DNA of 63,485 nucleotides, filler included, from Ministeria vibrans ATCC 50519 (Eukaryota; Protista; Filasterea): NCBI GenBank assembly GCA_943704425.1. It is 11 parts of 11 records of this genome, joined end to end, with 100 filler letters (N's around TTAATTAATTAA, not from the genome) between each part and the next. Parts side by side here need not be neighbours in the genome. Positions count along the whole stretch, not along the records: positions 54,154 to 56,702 come from CALSCP010000725.1; positions 56,803 to 63,485 come from CALSCP010001504.1; 9 more parts are not named here. The stretch is one strand, 5' to 3'. The notes under the pieces were generated by a model that was given only the letters and a program-made list of their open reading frames with translations, was not told the origin of the DNA and made no database searches. The position numbers and the translations under genes were made by a program. Shown piece after piece: positions 54,682 to 63,485 of the stretch (its first letter is position 1; each line of letters starts with the position of its first letter).

Positions 54682-55071
54682 CTACTTCAATTTTACTGGT
54701 GAGACTTGCGCGACAAACGCCTCAAACTTTTGCATTTCCTCTTCCTTTGAAGTGGTCTTCTTAGTCATCTGCAAAAGAAAAAAAAGACAGAAACGCCAGA
54801 GCGTCAAATCGCACACACACACAAACAAACACTTTGATTGGATGTACTTACCGCCGTACGAAGATTGGGAGACAGTTTGAGGGTGTGGATGGTTCCTTTG
54901 TCATCCGAAACAATGAGAATGGGGTGTGACGGGTGAAATGAGATGTGCGTGAGACGGGCCTTGCGTGTAATGTGCTGCGACGCCAGCGCATCGTATTTGT
55001 TGATCGCCACGTCAAACACATGTACCTGAAAATTGTAAATGTGCCATCATAAGTGAACAAATTAAATTAAA

Positions 55072-55127
<56 letters not shown>

Positions 55128-55513
55128 ACACACACACACATGCACATGCACATGCACGAACCTTTCCATCGTCGGTGATTGCGGCAAACACCGTTGCGCT
55201 GTACGGCGCCCACGCCACGTCCCCCACTGGCGCACCCAAGTCAAACGCACACAATTCCCTCTAGTATTGTCAATCAATGTGCAAAATTATGGTCGTCAAC
55301 GGGAGTACAAGTCTCGGAGTAGAATAATATTAATTTTTTTAAATTTTACCGCTTTGTTGTGATCCCACACTTTGACAGACCAATCGGCAGAGCAACTGGC
55401 AAAGACATTCGTGTTGATCAAATTCCAGTGTACGCCATACACAGACATGTCATGCGCCTAGTACACCAACACGAAGTAGTGCAAAAAAAAATGGAGTGAG
55501 AGACAGCGAGGCA

Positions 55514-55545
<32 letters not shown>

Positions 55546-56702
55546 GGCTTCACCTCGTAGGTCTGCAGCGACTGATTGCGATAGGCCTTGTCGCACTTGA
55601 CGACAAATCCTTCGTCCGTGCCCACCACAAAGAGTGCATCGACAGTCGGATTGAAGGCAAGACTCGTCACACTCGCAGGTGGACCTGCCAGCGACGAAAC
55701 GCCTTGGGATGGCAGCTGAATCTCCATTAGATCCTATTAATTTTTTTAAAAAAAAAATGCATTGCAGGATCATATAAGCATATGTTGTGCGTGTCGGCAC
55801 GCGCACACAGTCAGCACCTACCGAACCCAAAAGCTCATTTTTGACGAGAGTCCACACCACCGCACGCCCATCACCCGCAACACTGACACAGTTGGCATTG
55901 CCTTCAAGGTCATCTCTCTGCCAGCGCACAGTCCACACAGGGTCGGTATGGGCAACGCTACTCGACGCCAGCGAGCGCGCCAACAGACCCCGTCGCAGTA
56001 CACCCTTCCTCTCGACTGGTGATGCACCCATTCCCAGTACGGAGATCTGCTCCGGCCCACCATGTTCCGCGCCTTCACCCGCCGTAACCACTCCCTGACT
56101 GCGTGCATTCGTCGTCGCCTTGACATTGTATACTTCCACCGTGCCGTCGTACAGCCCCACAGCCAAAAGCGAAGGGTGCTACGTCGTATAAAAATGTCTC
56201 ATGATCAATTCATGACACAACTCATATTATTCCTTCGACTTACGTGTGGATTAAAATCGACGCTGACCACTCCAGAGTGAGTGCTGATAATGTACTCGGG
56301 ATAACTCGGGTTCTTCAGTGAGAAACAGCACACGAGTCCACCACGCGACTGTTTTGTATACTCGTACGACCCTACACCACATGCGTACGCGCACTCAGCA
56401 CAATGCATGCAATATATGTACAGTACGTAACAACTCATGACACACTAATTATAATTATAAGCACACACACACTCGCACGTACACACACACACACACACAT
56501 TGCAAACTACGAACCTAAGCCAACGACAAAGAGGTCAGTGTAGCGGGGGTTCCACTGGAGCGCCGTAGCGGCGCGCCGTGCCCCTGTCACTACATCCTCA
56601 TAGGCAAACTTCCAAAGCGGAAGCAGTGAGCCCTCGGCAGGACGGAACTCGTCGCTCTCGTCGTCCCAGTACTTAAAGTCGTGGAGTATCTCGTCGAAGG
56701 TG
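54682..56702 (-). CDS. DNAI1: Axonemal outer-arm dynein intermediate chain 1 (IC78-like), 3' part
   Basis: [74 protein letters not shown]. Confidence 0.93.
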
Positions 56703-57001
56703 NNNNNNNNNNNNNNNNNNNNNNNNNNNNNNNNNNNNNNNNNNNNTTAATTAATTAANNNNNNNNNNNNNNNNNNNNNNNNNNNNNNNNNNNNNNNNNN
56801 NNGCTGCTGTCGATCGTGCGCGTTGCCGCATGAAATGTCTTCAAAAATCCCCTTTGATCTTTTTTTTTTTTTCGTTTTTTTTTTTTTTTTTTTTTCGTTT
56901 TTTTTTTTTTTTTTGAATTTCATTTAGAGCCGTCGGTCAATCTGCCGCAATTCGAGCAGATTATTGCACGGTATCTGTCGCAAACGACCGCGTGGGGCAA
57001 G

Positions 57002-58273
57002 ATGGCGCAGCAGCTGGCGGGTGCAGTGGGCATTGACTCGCTGCCACAACAACTTTCGAAAATCTCTATCAAAGGCGGTTTTGAGCTCAATCTGATGGTG
57101 GTGGGACGCTCGGGACTGGGCAAGTCGACCATGGTGAACACTGTATTCAAGTCGATGCTGAGTCGCACTGCGGCCGGCACCGAGGGACGCTCTACCATCC
57201 CCAAGACGGCGGAAATTCACAGCATTTCCCATGTCATTGAGGAGAACGGTGTCAAGCTCAAGCTCAACGTCGTCGACACGCCTGGCTTTGGCGACCATGT
57301 TGACAACAGGAACTGGTATCAGTAGAAGATATTCACAATCAGCGAGAACGAGGGGAGGCAGTGACAGGAGGGAGAGGAGAGAGAAAGAGATAGGAGAAAG
57401 AAAGAGAGAGAGGAGAGTGTGTGTGAGTGCTGTGCGTTTTTGTCACATTTTTAACTCATTTTGCTGTTTTTTCAGCTGGGAGCCCATCTGCGACTACATT
57501 CGACAGCAGTACGACCAGTACTTTGTGGAAGAGACAGCTGTAAACCGCAAGAAGCGTCTTCCCGACGGTCGCATCCATTGCCTGCTCTACTTTATCACAC
57601 CTACAGGACACGCGTGAGAATATTTATATAAAATAACGACACAATCATGCTCGTTTTGATTCTTTGTTTGTTTTACATGTAGACTGAAGCCATTGGACAT
57701 TCAGGCACTGAAGGAACTGTCGCAGATCACCAATGTGATTCCAGTGATTGCCAAGGCAGACACACTCACTCCGGAAGAACGTGAAGCATTCAAAGACCGC
57801 GTAGGAAACGAGAGTCACACCCCCCTCTTGCTCACTTTTTCTTTCTCTTTCTTTCTTTCTCAGATTATTGAGGATATTTCGCAGAACAACATTGACGTGT
57901 ACCCCTACACAGAGGATGACGACGCACACGACGAAGAGCTCGAGGTTGAAGACGACAAATTGCGTGTAAGAAAGAACAACCTTGGTGGTGATGTGTGTGG
58001 TGTGTGTATGTGTGTGGTATGTCTTGAGCGTAAGGTTGTTGTGTTTGCTGTCTGTGTTTGTCTGTTTTGTGAGCGTGAGCTTTGTGTGTGGTGTGTGGTT
58101 TGTCTTGTGCAGAAGAACAAAATCCCCGGGTGCTAAGTGCGTATGTCCCCTGTCTTGTGTGTAGGACACGATGCCCTTTGCTGTGGTGGGCTGTGAGAAG
58201 CCTGTCGTGGTCAATGGCAAGTCAGTGTTGGGTCGCAAACTTCGATGGGGCTTTGTTGAGGTAATTCATTCCC

Positions 58274-58308
<35 letters not shown>

Positions 58309-58544
58309 TAATAATAATAATAATTATTATTATTATATTAATTTATTATTATTATTATTAAATATATGTAATAATTATAATTATTCATTATTTTGCATAG
58401 GTTGAGAATGTGGCGCATAACGACTTTGTTTTGTTGCGGGATATGCTGCTTAAGACACACACTTTGCGCCTCATTGACGCCACGCACACGGGCCACTATG
58501 CCCGCCACCGTGCTGCGCGCCTCTCCAACACTGTGTCTGTCTAA
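57002..58544 (+). CDS. Septin, group 1A (SEPT3/SEPT9/Cdc10-like; no C-terminal coiled coil)
   Basis: VGIDSL, NLMVVGRSGLGKST, VDTPGFGD, RIHCLLYFI, AKAD, PFAVVG, GRKLRWG, VEN..H.DF; ends soon after the septin unique element. Confidence 0.93.
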
Positions 58545-58750
58545 GGACGCACACACTCACTCACACACATACATACACACATCTCTTTATCTCACACACC
58601 CGCTCACTCACTCATTCTCTTCAATCCCCCCTTATTATTATTATTCTTGTTGGTTTTTGTTTGTTTTGTTTTCTTCACAAGAATCATATTATTTAGTACA
58701 AATGGAAACGCCCCTCTTTGTCTCTCCCGTTCTCTCTTTCCGTTTTTCTC

Positions 58751-60975
58751 CTATTCATCAGTCGACTTTTTCTCGACTCCGCATGAACCGTACTGCGAAT
58801 TCCACTTGAGATACACCTCAAGGTCATCTGGCGACACACTCGCACGCACATTATTGAGACTCTCGCGAAAGTCCTGACACGTGATGGGTCGCACTTCCTC
58901 CGCTTTGATCGACTGGATGTCGCGAATCGATCGAATCGGTCCCAACGCTGCATCTTTGCACAGGTTGCACATGTCCGCACCAGAGTACCCTTCAAAAAGC
59001 ACCCAATGTTACTTTCACTCTATATTCATTTCCTCTCGAATACCATCGGTGAGTGTACATAGCGACTCGATGTCCTCTTCGCTCAGTTCAGTGCCCTGCT
59101 TCTTCATCAGATTCACAATAATCTGTCGCCGCCCACTCTGTGCACAAAAGGAAATAAATAAAAAAAATACAAAAAGAGTAATAGAGAGAATGCAAAATTA
59201 TGAAAAAAAAAGAGACAAACGACATTTCTGACACACAGGAGAAGCGACAGAAAAAATTAATTTAGTTACTCTGTCAGGAAGAGGAATGTAGAGCCGCTTG
59301 ACGAGACGTCGGCGTGCAGCCTCATCAATCTCTTGTGGACTGGGCATAAAAAAAACACTAAAGTCAGAGTAAGAATCAACAGAGAGAACGTGTACCGGTT
59401 AGTGGCGCCAATGAGGAGAATTCGATCGTCCTCAAGTGTACCCGCCCCATCCAATTGCACCAGAAACTCCGTCTTAATGCGTCGCGACGCCTCATGCTCA
59501 CCTTCACCACTGCAACACACAAACACATCAGACACGCATAATTTTTGTCCCTCTGGGTGCACACTGTACCGTTGAGAGAGGAGCGAATCGATTTCATCGA
59601 CAAAGATGACGGCCGGCTGGTGGCAACGAGCAACGGCAAAAAGCGCACGCGTCATCTTCTCACCTTCGCCCACATACTTGGACGTGAGCGACGATGCACT
59701 GATGCTGAAAAAGGTCGACGACGACTCGTGCGCAATACACCGTCCAATCAACGTCTTGCCCGTGCCCGGGGGTCCAAATAGCAACAAACCTAAATAAATA
59801 TTATAATGATGTTTTTTTCTCGGATTTCTTTTCCTTTAACTCACCTTTCGGGGGTCCTCTCAGTCCACAAAAAATGTCACTAAAGCAAAAAAAAAATTAA
59901 TAATAATAATAATAATAGTAAAACGCAGACAGGTTGGTTGATCAGGTGTCAGTTTAGTTACTCGATGGGTGCACCAGATACAAAAAAAATACAAAAATAA
60001 CAATCCCAAAATATATATGATAAACCGACGTACGGTCGCTGCATGGGCCACACGACAATCTCTGTTATGATGCGCTTGGGGTACTCTAGACCCGCAATGT
60101 CGTCCCACGTGATTTTGGGCGACCGGTCCAGAATCTGAAAGGGAAAGAAAGAACCCCATTTTGACGGAAAATGACTGGCTCTATGAGCTCCGCTTACTTC
60201 ATTCATAATCAGCTCAATCATTCGCTGGTCAATTCCTTTAAGTCGTTCGTCTTCCATCAACTCACTGCAACAACACAAAAATGACAATCAAAAAATTACA
60301 AAAGGTCCTTCTTATTCGTAATAATAATTTACCTATATGGATTGTCATCTTTCTGGTCCCTTGCGTTGTTTGAGCCGCGCACAACTTGTCCTCCTCCTCC
60401 ACTACCACTGCCACCACTACCGCCGTCTCCTCGCTGAGGTGGAATAAACTTGCTTGATGGCCCGCCCGTTCTAAAAGCAACATGTCAGACTATTCATGTA
60501 CAGTTCTTCCCTTCTTTTGCCGCACCTTCGCATTCCAAGTGCCTTGCGTAGGCCTGGTGCTTCGTTTCCATTTCCTCCCGCGTAATCATAGTCGCCACCG
60601 CCACCCCTTCCTCCTCCTGCTGCTCCTCCTCCTCCGCCGCCACCACCATGGCCCCCTTGTTGCCGCTTTTTCATTTCGTTCTTTCGCTACACTCGGGCGT
60701 TGAGGTGGTCAACAAAGAAACAGAGGCCTTTGAATAAGTCATACCAGCTGTTCTCTTGCTGTGACAAACGCATCGCCTCCGCGCTGTGGTGGCTCAACTT
60801 GATCGTATGAACGCTTCGTCGGCGTCGGTGCAGGCTCAGGAGCCTGGTAGGGTGTTGCTGTTCGTTGGGGTGGACAATAAGGCTGTTGAGCTGGTGACTG
60901 TCCACGCGTGGGTGCTGCCACTGAGGGACGCACAAACCGTGGCTGTTGCTGTTGTTGTTGCTGTTGTTGCTGTTG

Positions 60976-61009
<34 letters not shown>

Positions 61010-61573
61010 AACTCTTGCGCTTCACGATCCTACGTATTCTCACATAAGACAGTATAGGATGGGAATACACGATCTTACGGCAGCGAGACGTTGCAGGTGG
61101 TCGGGAATGTCCGCAGCGGACAGTGTCGACTGAAACGGACGCGTGCCAGCGCCACCGCCTCTGCCGGCGAGTGTCTCCTCCATACGTCGCTGAACACTCG
61201 GCAGGCTGTACTCATCGTAATCTTGCAGGTGCTCCCAGAACAGGCGATGGTGCAGGTCGCTCTTCTGCGCCTCACTGTGTGAAACCAAAACGAAACCAAA
61301 GGCGAGTTGTCGACAAAGGTTCTTTTCTGCGTAAATTCACCTCAGAGCCTCGTCTATCCACAACGTTTCGAGCATCGCACGCTTTTCAGCCAATGCACTC
61401 GCTAAGGAAGCATCTGAGCCGGTTGCCACGAGAGTCGCTATTCGGTGTTTGTGTCTAAAAGGTTGAAAAAACGCGAATGAAACGCGAAAAGTCACACATA
61501 CAAAACGGACACACTCGCAAAAATTGTCTTCATCGTACCGTTGCCACCTGAAGACCGTTGACGACTCGTCCAT
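58751..61573 (-). CDS. FIGNL1: Fidgetin-like 1 AAA+ ATPase
   Basis: [59 protein letters not shown], Vps4_C-like end. Confidence 0.92.
60943..61010 (-). repeat. Coding (CAG/CAA)n poly-Q tract in FIGNL1
   Basis: About 22 consecutive Gln codons. Confidence 0.9.
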
Positions 61574-61709
61574 GGCCGCGGAAAACAATAAAAATAAGTT
61601 TAAATGATAGTTATATTAGTTGCATTGTTTTTTATTAAATTTTTCAATCGCATTATTCGCATTGTCACATTGTGTTTCAAAGACATTCACAAACTTAAGA
61701 ATAAAATCA

Positions 61710-62714
<1,005 letters not shown>

Positions 62715-62755
62715 TTGCTTGATTTTAATGATGAGAAGACGAAGAATAAACTTTG

Positions 62756-63327
62756 TTAGTGAAGCAGTCCCCGCACGAGTAACACAATACCGCAAGTGCA
62801 ATCGCGGTCCAATGGAGTTATCATACTAAAAAAATTAACATGACAATCATTGTTTGTGAATGTGACAAACAATAATATTTTTGGAAACAACTGAACTGTG
62901 CACTCCGGCAGCGTCGGTCGCACACACACCGCCAAGGCGTGCGTAGTGGATGGGTCGCGCCCCGCTTTGATTGCGTGGGAGGAACGTGGCGCGACTGATG
63001 TGACTGTGCTGCTGGGCAAAGACAAGCGAGTGAGAGAACAAGAGAGAATTCTAAAATTCTAATAGTCTGACACCTGACTTAAATTGAAAAAGATTTTCTT
63101 TTTAATCTTTTAACAAATATTGAAAATGTGCGACACAAACGTCGTAGTCGGTAGTGTATGCTCAGCAGAGCCTTCCGAGACCACATCCGAGGGAACAGTA
63201 ATTATGAAGAGTACCCGAAGTGCCGTGCTGAAGCGAGGTACCGTAGCCATTGAAGATGCCACCGACAACGCGACTGGCTCCTGGAGGTACATACCCAGCC
63301 TGCTTGCATGCTGCAATGTAATCTCCT
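62756..63327 (-). CDS. Possible terminal exons of an unidentified gene
   Basis: GC-richer blocks preceded on the minus strand by pyrimidine tracts and CAG acceptors; reading frame unresolved. Confidence 0.25.
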
Positions 63328-63485
63328 GCACGCACAAAGGACACTCGTTTAATATGGAGCATACTCTGCTCTGACATTCTGTCATTCTGTCACTGTCACT
63401 CTGTATCATCTTGCCACGAGATCTCTTTCTAACAATGATTTTCTCTCTCTCAATTACTTTGATCCTTCCAACCGCCCCCCCCCCC

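Overview
This is eukaryotic, intron-rich, gene-dense DNA from a flagellated unicellular organism. It is most likely a holozoan (choanoflagellate-, filasterean- or pluriformean-like), inferred from a Still life/TIAM GEF, CaMKII with its hub domain, ZFAND4, an EGF-TM kinase, a septin and axonemal DNAI1. The window is not one chromosome segment. It is 11 contigs joined by identical 100-bp artificial linkers (44 N + TTAATTAATTAA + 44 N), so gene adjacency across linkers means nothing. About 30 spliced genes or fragments are recognisable: XPOT, sif/TIAM, RPS7, endoglycoceramidase, ZFAND4, CaMKII, ADA2, RRM1, SF3A3, DHX15, METAP1D, DBR1, POLD1, DNAI1, septin, FIGNL1, TMEM208 and others. Many lie head-to-head only about 80-270 bp apart. 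The most notable observations are: (1) a dispersed (CT)n-embedded repeat with a fixed core TATCACTTTGTTTC, about 35 copies at about 10 mostly intronic loci on several contigs; (2) a complete EVH1-PH-CC-Ex-RBD-PDZ-DH-PH Still life orthologue with an altered DH domain; (3) a repeat protein with a 414-aa unit combining bacterial pilin/DUF11-like beta domains and Ca-EGF pairs; (4) two different MITEs, one with AG..CT ends and a 6-bp TSD; (5) a 9-nt microexon in RRM1, GC-AG introns, structured introns and several bacterial-type genes. All family assignments come from motif recognition by eye; no database search was run.
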